Assembly (NCBI RefSeq): GCF_006345805.1
Contig: NC_043021.1
Span: forward strand, 7,254,001 to 7,318,000
DNA length: 64,000 bases
Direction of reading: 5' to 3'
From: Octopus sinensis
Taxonomy: Eukaryota
The position numbers and the translations under genes were made by a program. The notes under the pieces were generated by a model, which saw nothing but the letters and a program-made list of their open reading frames with translations, searched no databases and was not told the DNA's origin. How positions within the stretch are numbered: position 1 is the stretch's first letter; every line of letters begins with the position of its first letter. Positions 24,291 to 36,750 of this stretch are shown piece by piece.

Positions 24291-25648
24291 AGAAAAAGTT
24301 CGGAGAGAAGGAAAGAAGTCCAAGAAAAACACGTGTGTGGTTACAAGGCTGATATACAAACATATATATACATTATACATACATATATATTACATATATA
24401 CACGCTCACACACTTAACGACACATGACATTAAAGAACTATTGAAATTATAGACTATTGGAAAGAGTAAATGAGAGGGGAAGGGGATAAACTGGCAGGTT
24501 GTAAAGAGAAGAGTAACCGGATTTCTGTTATTCATTATATATATACTTCTTCACCAGCAGCACAACCCCCGCCACATGCGTTTTACTCTCTCACCACCAC
24601 AACAGCAGCAGCAGCACATGTTTACAAGCCCAAACCTTCACCACCGTCACATTATGCATACTCTTCCCACCCCCGTCATTCCCAATTCACCACAATGGAG
24701 GTGATTAGTCCACACTGCCAAATAAGTGCACATACCTACCGACTTTCAGTGGCATTGACAATCATCAACAACACCTAACCCCCATACACACACACACAAC
24801 TGCCGACAACGTCACCACCAACACTGACAACACCATTACACTACCACCACAAATTACACCGTCAATACATATCAACAAGGGAACCTCTCTACGTGGTCGT
24901 TCGATTTACTGGAAATAACAGACAAATTCCCTTTCATATCACAAGCTACTGTCTTTGAAACGAACAAGCTGGGTAACCTGTTCGTGGGTTTCCTGCATAC
25001 GAGGGACATGAGATGGCCACGACTGGAAATGTCTGATCACAGGCTTGCTCGACTAAGAGTGACGTGGGGCTAAACAGCAACAAGAATAACGCTCCCACAA
25101 ACAACGTAACGAACATCAACCTTGATCAGGGCTGACCCGTGGCTAAACAAAACAGCGACGCCATCACCATCAACAATAACCTTGATCAGAATTGAACTGT
25201 GACTAAACAACGACAATGGCGACAGTGACATCATCAACTACCGCCATAACCCGCAAAAACCTTGATCAGGACTGATCTATGGCTAAACATCAACGACGAC
25301 GACGACATTAATAGGAGACATTACACAAACACGCCCACAAACATACCACGCAATCACACTATCAAAATTTAATCCTGAAATTCTCTTCCTGTCTCCGTTG
25401 AAACATTTGGTGTCAACAAGTTTGATACGGACGCCATTACAACTAAAAACTGTACATTTAGTATTTAACTGATTAACTGTAGTTTATTTACGCTTACAAC
25501 TGTTTTCCACCCCTCTCTTTACTGTCATTTACTGTAGTTCAGTTAAATTTAGCTATTTCTTTTTGTAGTTTATTTAAATGTAATGTATTTTACTGGCGTT
25601 TATTTAAGTTTTAAGGTCTGTTTATTTGGTTTCATTTAAGTAAACAAC

Positions 25649-25730
25649 ATGGCGGAAGTAGTCAGATTTGTTGGTTTTTTTGTTTGCTTTCATTTTTGTT
25701 TTCCCATTATTCGTTTTACTGCTGCTTTAA
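25649..25730 (+). CDS. Candidate first coding exon (signal-peptide-like) of an unidentified nested antisense gene
   Basis: caacATGG start context; MAEVVRFVGFFVCFHFCFPIIRFTAAL; phase-1 donor A|GTAAGT at 25731; TCAGTT initiator-like motif at 25539. No downstream exon identified. Confidence 0.35.
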
Positions 25731-28175
25731 GTAAGTGGGCTTGTAGATTTGATGGGGCACTACTTTCAATCAATCATATTGACCCCATCTAGTACTTAAA
25801 GACTCAATATTGGTAAAAGAGTCAAATGTATTATACAAAGAGACTAGCTATGTGAACAAGAATCGAAACGAGAATCTTGAAGCCACAGTTATCTCTCTCT
25901 CACACACACACACAGAGTTTGGATCCTGGCTATTGTAGTTATTAGCTTAATAACTTCCAGCACGTAATTAGCTAGTGTACATTGTAGGAATACTTACAAA
26001 TTTATATCCCCATTTTATTATCCAATCATAAAATTAAATAACTTAATCACAATGGTTTACTGATGTCAGATGTTATCCCTCCTACGATTAACATGATGAA
26101 AGTGTAATAATCCTTCCAAGGTTTCCTGGAGTGATTCTCTGAACAGTCGATATTTATCTGTAAATAATTTAGATGCTTGGTGAAATGGTAGGTGATTTCT
26201 GAATGCGTAGTGCACCAAATGTGAATACATTACCATGGTATTGAAACATATGTAGCATATATTGAAGTGTTATTGTTTACGCACACACTTTCCCCAATTT
26301 CCGTCAACTGAACTTTTTCCCGCACACAGTATTGGTCAACCAGAGGGCAAGGAAGAAGACGCTTGCTTAAGGTACTACTTATTGAGGCCTCAAAACCATA
26401 AGGTTGAGAAGGGAACATTTAAATCGTAGACATGCATGCGTTTACGAGTAGCTTATTTTTTCAGATTTTTCCTTGTTGATCTCCACACTACCTCCTGTTG
26501 CTGTAGAACCAGGTTAGCTCTGATCGAGTACACTTGTGATTATTGACGTTCCAGCCATGACTATATTATTTTGCTTTCATGGACCCCTCCAAGGGTCATA
26601 TGGACTCCGGTTGCGAACCACTGCTCAAAGCGTTGGTAAAGTTGTAATATAGACTAGTAGCTGCTTCACTCGTGCAGCAAGACTCCTCTCCACGTCACCT
26701 ATATTGTCCAAAAGGAGGGATTATGGACCGACCGGCAAGGCTTCTGACATCGCAACAGTGACGTCATACAAATTACTAAAGTGAAGTTGAAAGACATCTT
26801 GAACTGTTTTAGGGGACAGCAACTCCCGATTGAAGTTCATTAAAATCGATCCGATTCGCTGGATTGATACTTCTGTTCTTTATGTCGATCTTGGAAAGAT
26901 GAAAGGCAAAAGTTGACCTCGGCAAGATTTGAACGCAGAAAGAGTTTGAACAAATATCTCAAAGAATTTTGTCCGACACTAACAAATTCCGCCACCGAAT
27001 TCCAGAGTTCTACTCTTTCTGCCTACCTAACCATACCCCAATCCCAATTGAACGTCATGTCAGTTTGTGGGATATTTTTTGTTTGTTTTTAAGGAGTCAT
27101 GTTCCTTTCTTAGTTCAGTGTTGCCAAGGTAAGTGTGAAAGAAACGGGGGTTTAAGTGACTGAGAAGATCTCTCTCTCTCAGATTAAATTCTAAAATAGA
27201 CAATGAGACGGCACCAATTTCTGACAGCGAGGTACTTATATATATATATATATATATACACATACACACACACAATATATATATATATATTTATTTATTT
27301 ATTTATTTATTTATTCACGCCCGCACACTCACATGAACAAACACATAAATAGATTATACGCGCACCATTACACGAACGTAGCGCGCTCGCACTCACACAC
27401 ATACACACACAAAGTGTGCAATCACTTAAAAAGAAAAAAAAAGCATTCGACATTTTAGTCGAGTTAAAGAGGCTGTATAATCATAGCAGAGGCCTCTGAT
27501 CATTGACCTGTAGCATAAAGGCTGGCTTGTGGTTAAACAACAACTGAGGTGGTACTTGAACTCATAATGCATCACCTGTACTTCGATTCTCTCTTTACTC
27601 AGATACACTAATTCCACTTTTAAACGCTCTCACACACGTCCTAGTTCTATATATTTGCACCTAGTTATACCCACAGTATTTACATACCTTAAATATAACG
27701 ACTCGCGTGTCAGTACGGTGTGCGTGTTTTTGCGCTATTTATTATAAATTGTATGTATTTGTGCTATATATATATATATTTATATATATAAACCGGATAT
27801 GTACAATAACCTATTTGTAAGTGCTTGTGTCTCATTCTAGATATACTGGTGGACTTGGGCTTGTTACCCCTGATAAATTTTGATAAAAATTACAAAAGAC
27901 GGCCAGGGCACAAAACAAAATTATACTGAACTCTGACACCTCGCTCATGTCAATGTACACACCGTTCATATTTTAAATTCAACGAAGATTTTTTGGGGAA
28001 AAAATGTTTAAAACTGACATTAAATATTTCATTTTTAGAAAACAGCAAAAACATTTCCATACACTTAGCACTCCCTCATAGTTTTCCCTTTTAAGCTCAC
28101 AATGCCCTCAAATGGGCGATACTAAACGCTAAATTAGACATTATACCACCAGAATTTGAATTTTGATTTGCAGAT

Positions 28176-28382
28176 CAGTGGTTGTCAACCTTTTGTTTTT
28201 GTACCTATGAACCCCCTTTGATTCCTAAATGAGATTCGATGCTTAAAAAAGTCCCATTATATTTTTAGGAATAGTATAAAAAATATATTTTGTGTATTGC
28301 AGATGTATTAATTAGTACAAATTTTAACAGCAGAATTTTATGTGGCCCTCAAGGCCATATGAACCCCGATTGAGAACCAGTG
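28176..28382. mobile_element. hAT-type MITE
   Basis: CAGTGGTTGTCAACC ... GATTGAGAACCAGTG inverted ends; flanks ttgcagat / gtttagat (degenerate TSD). Confidence 0.65.
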
Positions 28383-28452
28383 GTTTAGATTTATGACCAC
28401 TTAGATGTTTAGTTGTGTTTGTGATCATAGTGGGCTTATTGATAACGTCTCT

Positions 28453-28572
<120 letters not shown>

Positions 28573-28897
28573 AGGCGCATGGCTCACTAGTTACAGCGTC
28601 GGGTACACAATCATGAGGTAGCGAGTTCGATTCTCTGATCGGGCTGTGTGTAGTGTTCTTGAGCAAGACGCATTATTTCACGTTGCTCCAGTTCACTCAG
28701 TTGTAGCAATGGGTTGCGACGTTGCTAATTGCCAGGCTGTATCGGCATTTGCCTTTCCCTTGGATAACAGAGGGCGTAGAGAGGGGAGGCTGGTATGCAT
28801 AGGGCAACTACTGGTCTTCTATTGCTCGGACTTCGGAGGGAAACTTTCTAGATGCAGTCCCATGATCATTCGCGACTAAAGGGGGGCTCTCTTTCCT
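28573..28897 (+). mobile_element. tRNA-derived SINE family C
   Basis: A/B-box-like head aggcgcatggctca...gagttcgattc, then gtgttcttgagcaagacgc core; colinear with 53029-53360. Confidence 0.8.
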
Positions 28898-29169
28898 ACA
28901 CACACACACACTAATATTTATGTCTGGGTGTGTGGATGCGATTTCTCATATAGTGAAACATGGACTGCGTGATCTGAAGCATGCAGCAACAATAAACTAT
29001 GCTCTCCGTGTATCCAGGAGGAGGACTGTTTTTGTGCTTTTGTTTTATCAGGTAAGGTGGTTGGTGGAACAACCTATTGTGTTGTGCAATGCACTATTTT
29101 TATGTCGTTCGTAGTTCATCGTGTTGTGTTGAGAGATTCGGGAACTAGGTAGAATTGGTATGGTCTTCT

Positions 29170-29497
29170 ATAAACTTGGTATTGGTACTCCGTCGGTTAC
29201 GACGACGAGTGTTCTAGTTGATCCGATCGATGGAACAGTCTGCTCGTGAAGTTAACGTGCAAGTGGCTGAGAACTCCAGACACGCGTACTCTTAACGTAG
29301 TTCTCATGCAGATTCAGCGTGACACAGGATGTGACAAGGCTGGCCCTTCGAAATACAGATACGACTCGTTTTTGCCAGCTGAGTGGACTGGAGCAACACG
29401 AAATGAAGTGTCTTGCTCAAGATCAGAACACGCCACTGGGAATCGAACTCGCGACCTTACAATCGTGAGCCGAATATCCCAACTACTAAGCAACGCG
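29170..29497 (-). mobile_element. SINE with family C-like head and a different 3' tail
   Basis: Minus-strand head (aggcgcgttgcttagtagttgg..cgagttcgattccc..tcttgagcaagacacttc) joined to a tail ending ..gtcgtcgtaaccgacggagtacc. Confidence 0.6.
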
Positions 29498-29896
29498 CCT
29501 GAGCCTAACGTTGGTACTCCAATGTTGCTGTGTTTCTGTTTGGGCAAATGAGGCATCTGTCATGGTTCTAAATATATTTGTGCGTCGTTTTACTTATTTT
29601 ACTGTGTGTATTTTGGAGTGTGATAGCTGATTATGTTTGATATTTTCTGCTACTGTATTTTGAGAGCGTTATTTAAGCGACGGATAAGTTTCTAGGTGAC
29701 TTATGTGGCGTTGAAGTATTTATATATAGCAGTCTCTGGAGAAACATGGGAGGATGCGAGTATGATGTTATCTACGCATGATGCAGACCTCTATTTTGTG
29801 GGTGTAAGGTCGTAGTATAGGTATACAGGGTGGGGCAAAAGTCAGTCACCAAAACATTTGACATCTTATTTATAGTACGTTATTATTTCATATGCG

Positions 29897-30250
29897 CAAG
29901 GCGGCGAGCTGGCAGAATCGTTAGCACGCCGGGCAAAATGCTAAGCGGCGTTTCGTCCGTCGCTACGTTCTGTGTTCAAATTCTGCCGAAGTCGACTTTG
30001 CCTTTCATCCATTCGACGTCGATAAATTAAGTACCAGTGAAACACTGCGGTTAATTTAATCGATTAATCTCTTTCCCCTAAATTTCAGGCCCTAAATTTA
30101 CGTTCCGACTTCAAATACCGCCGGGGCCGACTTTGCCTTTCATTCCTTTCAGGGTCGATAATATAATTACCAATTGTGCACTGCGGTCGATCTAATCGAC
30201 TTAGCCCTTCCCCGAAATTGCTGGCCTTCAGTCAAAATTTGAAATCAATA
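29897..30250 (+). mobile_element. Two tandem SINE family B copies (Meta-like central domain, recalled not verified)
   Basis: aaggcggcgagctggcagaatcgttagcacgccgggc...gcctttcatcc..tcgataaattaagtaccag; CpGs retained. Confidence 0.8.
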
Positions 30251-30365
30251 TTTTGTCCAGCTTCTCAGATACGGGCAGTTTGACTCGTGTTGATATGTGT
30301 AGTTGTAGATGATTTAGGATAACTCTGAGTTTTAACTGATCATGAGTTATTTAATCGCTTAGTAT

Positions 30366-30565
30366 TTTAAAACAGCCATATCCGGCCAAAATATCCAGCT
30401 TCTCATGCCATATCCAGCCTTTCAACCTACCCAACAATGTCATTCTAAAAATAAACAATCGCATCATTGAAATCTCAAAGCTATGAGATATGCCTGATTA
30501 ATTCAAAACAATGTGAATAAATAAGCAATACATTTGATAGGGTAACGTGAATGCAAGAGGGTTAA
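30366..30565 (-). mobile_element. piggyBac-like MITE
   Basis: Reverse complement of 4145-4358. Confidence 0.6.
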
Positions 30566-30799
30566 GATTTGAAATTTTCTGTATTAAATTTGGACGGGAT
30601 CAAAACCGGGTCAGGCTAGAAATGTGTATTTTTCTTTCATGTTCCTGGTTTGCCTGACTATTTATTAAAAAATTGTTTGATAAGACTTATTTGCTTGATG
30701 TTGCGGTGTGTGTGTTATTTGTGGTTTTAACTGCGGTATGAAGTGTGGTGTGGTTTGATGATAACGATGCTAATTAATTAATCCGTCTTTATCTTTTAT

Positions 30800-31200
30800 C
30801 TTTTACTTGTTTCAGTCTGATGATTTGAGGCCATGTTGAGGCACCGCCTTTAAGGGTTTATAGTCGAGCAAATCGACCCTAGTTCTTTCTTGCAAGTCTG
30901 GTTATTTATTTTATCAGTCCTTTTGCCGGACCGCTAAGTTATGAGAGCATAAACACACCAACACCGGTTGTCAGCGGTGGTGGGGAACATGCAACACAAA
31001 GACACACACATATATACACGACAAGCTTCGTCAGTTTCCATCTACCAAATTGACTCACAAGCTATTGGTCGATGTCCAGGTTATATATATATATATATAT
31101 AACAGAAAACTTGCCAAGGCTGCTGAGTAGTGGGACTGAAACCAAAACCGAGTGGTTTACAGAGTGAGCTTCTTAACCACACAGCCATGTTGCCTATGCC
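30800..31200 (-). mobile_element. SINE family A
   Basis: Reverse-complemented tail and head separated by (AT)n. Confidence 0.75.
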
Positions 31201-31879
31201 TGCATACGCACGTGCGTGCGTGTGTGTGTGTGTGTGTGTGTGTAGGGGGGAGGGGCGCAATTGACTTCTATTTAGAATGATCTATATACAGACCAGGGAG
31301 CGAGGTTGGTGTGTATGTGCGTTTGTGGTAATGGCTAAAAGGTATGGAATAATACGTGTGCAAAACTGTATGCTGTGTACGCATAAGTATGTATAATTGA
31401 ACACCTCGATCCCTTCCATCCGTGTATTGTGTGTGTGTGTGTGTGTGTGTGTACACATAAGTAGACTCCTACATAGACATATAACCAAGTGGAGGGCAAT
31501 GGTGGCACACGTTCATATGCGTGTGCGCTATATATATATATATATATATATATACATACACACACACACACACACATGTATATTCACACATATACACAAA
31601 CGCATACATAATTATTAAGGTTCTTGTTATTGTTGTATAAGAGGTGCAGAATGAGGGAGGAAAGAAAAAAGACGAGACAGCGTCGCCTTCATCTTTGTTA
31701 TTGTTGTTGTCACAGAATATAAAACAATAAAACAAAAGAGAGAGAGAGCCGGAGTGGGGGAGAGACAAGAAGGCACCAGTTAAGGGGTTTCACACAGTTC
31801 GTCGTCGCTGGTTCGATCGAACGTGTCGTTGTTGCTTAAACAACGTACCCAAGTAACCCCTATTTTCCTCCGTGTTTGT

Positions 31880-31913
<34 letters not shown>

Positions 31914-32748
31914 TTGTGTGAAAATTGTAGGGGGGGGGGCAAAGAGACAGCGTAAGGGAAACAGAGGCGCCGATGGTAGAGACGGTGACTGCGTTTGTCT
32001 GAGTTTAATGTATGTACACACAAAACATACATATGCAGTTTCTAAACACACACGCATTAAAAAAAATGCATGAACACACACGCATTCTAATACTCACAAA
32101 GGCATGCGTTCACACTCACACATACTCACAGATGCAAGCATACACGTAAATACACTCATAAATACATATACGCAAACATAAGTTATACCCATGCTTGCTT
32201 ACACTCACACACGAACACATACACATCTGTGAGTATATATACACACACATGGCTTTTAAATCTCCCACCCTGCTGTCTTTCCCTCGTCCATCACTATACT
32301 GTCTTGCTGCCCACAACACCCTCCGCTCGTCTCCGTCTCGCTACAAAACTGTTCTTCCCCGCCCAGTTCTACCCAGATATCCGACATGGAGATGGGCTAG
32401 CAATTAACGATAGAGGTAAAAATATATGTAAATATAGAGGTCTGTCTTCTATCCACCTACCCAACTCACTATTTTCTCCACTCACCCTACTTTAACCATC
32501 ATAACTGCCTGACAGCCCCACCTTATACATTGCTTTCACCTAGATACCGCATCATCATTACCCTCAATTGAAAAGGGTAGCATTAATACGTGTAGTACAT
32601 ACATGGAAAAGATGTATGTACATACATACTTACGTACATATGTATACATGTAAAAATCTAATAGTGTATATATAGTAAATTTCAGCAAGATCTCAGTAAA
32701 CAGCATCACTACAAACACCGCCACATCAGACAGTACAATAACAGTCAC

Positions 32749-33050
32749 TACAACATGTACGCGACGTTCACAACGGCCGCTGCATCATGTACGCGACGTT
32801 CGCAACGGCCGCTGCAACATGTACGCGACGTTTGCAACGGCCGCCGCAACATGTACGCGACGTTTGCAACGGCCGCTACAACATGCTCGCGACGTTCACA
32901 ACGGCCGCTGCAACATGTGGGCGACGTTCGCAACGGCCGCTGCAACATGTGGGCGTCGTTCGCAACGGCCGCTGCAACATGTGGGCGTCGTTCGCAACGG
33001 CCGCTGCAACATGTAGGTGTCGTTCGCAACGGCCGCTGCAACATGTACGC
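32749..33050. repeat. 32-bp GC-rich minisatellite, 9 full units plus a partial
   Basis: Consensus ATGTACGCGACGTTCGCAACGGCCGCTGCAAC; ATG recurs at 32755, 32787, 32819 ... 33043 with exact 32-nt period. Confidence 0.95.
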
Positions 33051-33144
33051 TGCCCACACACACTACTGTGCCCAGTCCTTCTCAGCAGATTGATTAGTGC
33101 AGTCCCACCCCACTAGATCGATCAGAATGAGATAGAGATAGAGT

Positions 33145-34490
33145 GTGATGTGTGTGTGTGTTCGGAGTTCAATATGTGTGTGTGTGTGTGTGTGTGTGTT
33201 CGGAGTTCAATGTGTGTTCGGAGTTCAATGTGTGTTCGGAGTTCAATGTGTGTGTGGAGTTCAATGTGTGTGTGGAGTTCAATGTGTGTGTGGAGTCCAA
33301 TGTGTGTGTGGAGTCCAATGTGTGTGTGGAGTCCAATGTGTGTGTGGAGTCCAATGTGTGTGTGTGGAGTTCAATGTGTGTGTGGAGTTCAATGTGTGTG
33401 TGGAGTTCGTGTGTGTTCGGAGTTCAATGTGTGTTCGGAGTTCAATGTGTGTGTGTGGAGTTCGTGTGTGTGTGTGTGGAGTTCAATGTGTGTGTGGAGT
33501 TCAATGTGTGTGTGGAGTTCAATGTGTGTGTGGAGTTCAATGTGTGTGTGGAGTTCAATGTGTGTGTGGAGTGCGTGTGTGTTCGGAGTGCGTGTGTGTA
33601 TAGAATTCGTGTGTGCGTGTGTAGAGTTCGTGTGTGTGTGTGTGTGTGTGTGTGCGTGTGTGTGCGTGTGTGCATGTGTGTGCGGAGTTCGTGTGTATGT
33701 GTGTGCGGAGTTCGTGTGTATGTGTGTGTGTGCGGAGTTCGTGTGCATGTGCGTGTGTGCGGAGTTCGTGTGCATGTGCGTGTGTGCGGAGTTCGTGTGC
33801 ATGTGCGTGTGTGCGGAGTTCGTGTGTATGTATGTGTGTGCGGAGTTCGTGTGTATGTGCGTGTGTGCGGAGTTCGTGTGTATGTGCGTGTGTGCGGAGT
33901 TCGTGTGTGTGTGTGTGGAGTTCGTGTGTATGTGCGTGTGTGTGGAGTTCGTGTGTATGTGTGTGGTGTGTGGAGTTCGTGTGTATGTATGTGTGTGTGT
34001 GTGTGTGTGGAGTTCGTGTGTATGTATGTGTGTGTGTGTGTGTGTGTGTGTGGAGTTCGTGTGTATGTATGTGTGTGGAGTTCGTATGTATGTATGTGTG
34101 TGTGTGTGTGTGTGTGTGGAGTTCGTGTGTATGTATGTGTGTGTGGAGTTCGTGTGTATGTATGTGTGTGTGTGTGGAGTTCGTGTGTATGTATGTGTGT
34201 GTGTGTGTGTGTGTGGAGTTCGTGTGTATGTATGTGTGTGTGTGTGTGGAGTTCGTGTGTATGTATGTGTGTGTGGAGTTCGTGTGTATGTATGTGTGTG
34301 TGTGGAGTTCGTGTGTATGTATGTGTGTGTGTGGAGTTCGTGTGTATGTATGTGTGTGTGTGTGGAGTTCGTGTGTATGTATGTGTGTGTGTGGAGTTCG
34401 TGTGTATGTATGTGTGTGTGGAGTTCGTGTGTATGTATGTGTGTGTGGAGTTCGTGTGTATGTATGTGTGTGGAGCTCGAGTGTGTGTAG
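33145..34490. repeat. Compound minisatellite: GGAGTTC(AAT/GT) cores spaced by (GT)n
   Basis: 18-nt period at the left end, drifting to 20-36 nt GGAGTTCGTGTGTATG units at the right. Confidence 0.95.
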
Positions 34491-35705
34491 TGTATTTGAA
34501 ACGAGAATAGAAGCGGCTGTTTAGATGCCGCGCTGTGGGATCGAACCCGGTACAGTCGGGTTACCAACGCAAACTTTTAAAATCATATATGGTTATTTTT
34601 TTGTTGGCTTTTCCATAAACTTGCACACGCAAAGTGTTTTAGCAAATAAATAAATATAAAATAAACCACGCTTACACTTTCACTCGTCCACCACACCCAT
34701 TTGCTCTCCCCCTCTCTCTCTCTCTCCCACAATCTTTTTTTTAACAATCTTTTTTGGACTTCTTATATCGTGATAGTGGATCTGTTGTCGCTTAATACAC
34801 AAAAAATACAGACAATATTCATCTCTAAAGATATATATTTATGCTATTAAAACAGATAAATAGGTAATAAAACAAACAAATCATAATAAACATATATATA
34901 TGTATGTTTATATATAGATATATATTAACACGTGAGCGACACCAGATAAAATATATAATAAATATATATAATTTTTTATAATAAGAAAAACAAGGCCAGG
35001 GAATTTTCTCGTACATAACATACATTAATATCTATCAGCTGACACACACACCTACATGTGAATTAGATAATTTATTTTGAGTTTTTCTTTTCTAATTTAT
35101 CTCAAATAAAGGAAGGAGCTGGTCTAGCAAAGAAACCAAGTTTCTTCGCAAGAATTTAGGTGTAGAAGTATTTCATTTCTAACTTTGGAAAAGTTTTGCA
35201 TATTTTTATCGTCCCACTTACTGAATGTATTTTATTTATAGAATGTGTACTATTAAATTCGCTCATAACTTTCTTTGTTTGGAAACGGTATTTTTTGCTA
35301 TTTACTAATATGACCAACTACCAAATACATAAAGCGGTAAGCTAGCAGAATCATTATCACGTCGTTTAATGGCGTTTTGTCTGTCTTGAGTTCAAAATGC
35401 CGCCGAGATCGACTGTCTTTCTTCTTTTCGGGTTCAATAAACCAAGTACCAGTTGAGCACTGGGGTCGATGTATTCGACTTGTCTACTCGCCCGAAACTG
35501 TTGGCCAAAACTGTGCCAAAATATGAAATCAATAAATTTTAGACATCCATAAGACGGCGAGCTGGCAGAGTTGCTATTGCGTTGGGGAAAATGCTTCTTC
35601 CGACATTACGTTCCAAGTTCAAATGCCGCCAGGGACGACTTTGCTTTTCATCTTTTCGGAGTCCATATAATAAGTACCAGCTGAGCACCGGGGTCATGTA
35701 ATCAA

Positions 35706-35740
<35 letters not shown>

Positions 35741-36574
35741 AATATTTGAACTCAATAAATTTATGTGGACAAATATATTAAAACTTAATCTTTCGTGTTT
35801 GCAGTTGGTAAAAGTTTTGATGGGAGTGTTTCACAATTAGTTCTGGTTTTGATATCTTGTATGTTTCACTCATTAGACTGCAGCCATGCTGGGGCACCGC
35901 CTTGAACTTTTTTTAGTTGAATGAGTCGCCCCAGTACTATTTTTTTTAAAACCTGGTACTTATTCTATCGGTCTGTTTTGCCGAACCACTAATTTACGGG
36001 TATGTGCGCGTGTGTATGTGCGCACGCGTGTATGCGTGTCTATGCGTGTGCGCGGGTGTATGCGTATTTAAAGACTGCATATATTTTTAGTATACAATAT
36101 CCGCACCAGTTTCTATAAATGGCATCCAAATCTACCTCAAAAAACACTCGTCTACAGCTAAAAGAACGAATACCTTTACTAAACCCCTCTCATATCCCCC
36201 ACCACTACCACACAACTCCAGCAGCACAGTTACCACTTCCCACCCACATCCATACCATGACGATTGCCACAACTACAATTTTCTCAATAACTCCCTCTCT
36301 ACCCCCACCCACCCGACTACCGCAATACCAATACCACCGACTACCGACATCCTCCATTATGTTCTTTTTACAAGAAGTTTAAAATGCAAGGTTGGAGGGC
36401 GACTTTGGTTGCTATTTCTGAAGTGCAACTACGAAGAAGCTATTTTGTTAATGGTCTACTATGAAATATGTGGCGACTGTTTCACACCTACATATACGCA
36501 TACATAGAAAACACCCGTGCATCTGTATTTACTCATACACGTACATACACGCATATATATATATTTCTTTACTA

Positions 36575-36750
36575 CCTACAAGGGGCTAAACACAGAGGGG
36601 ACAAACAAGGAGAGACAAATAGATTAAGTACTTAATTTATCGACCCCGAAAGGATGAAAGGCAAAGTCGACCTCGGCGGAATTTGAACCCAGACGAAATA
36701 TGGCTACGCATTTCGCCCGGCGTGCTAACGTTTCTGCCAGCTCGCCGCCT
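36575..36750 (-). mobile_element. SINE family B, well-preserved copy
   Basis: Reverse complement of the family B head and centre, with ggggctaaacacagagggg tail. Confidence 0.8.

Noticed and set aside
26465-26512. 48-nt phase 1-1 exon that could follow the candidate exon at 25649
   Set aside because: The donor lies inside a reversed family D repeat and the peptide is unremarkable; likely chance.
27841-27927. Phase-compatible terminal exon candidate (NILVDLGLLPL...KLY*)
   Set aside because: Modest acceptor and no similarity; such short frames are expected by chance.
32749-33050. CRISPR-like array (32-bp palindromic repeats)
   Set aside because: Units are directly adjacent with no spacers, there are no cas genes, and the context is a eukaryotic intron.
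33145-34567. Long ORFs of 296-452 aa on both strands
   Set aside because: Stop-free only because of (GT)n-based repeats; the translations are V/C or H/T low complexity.
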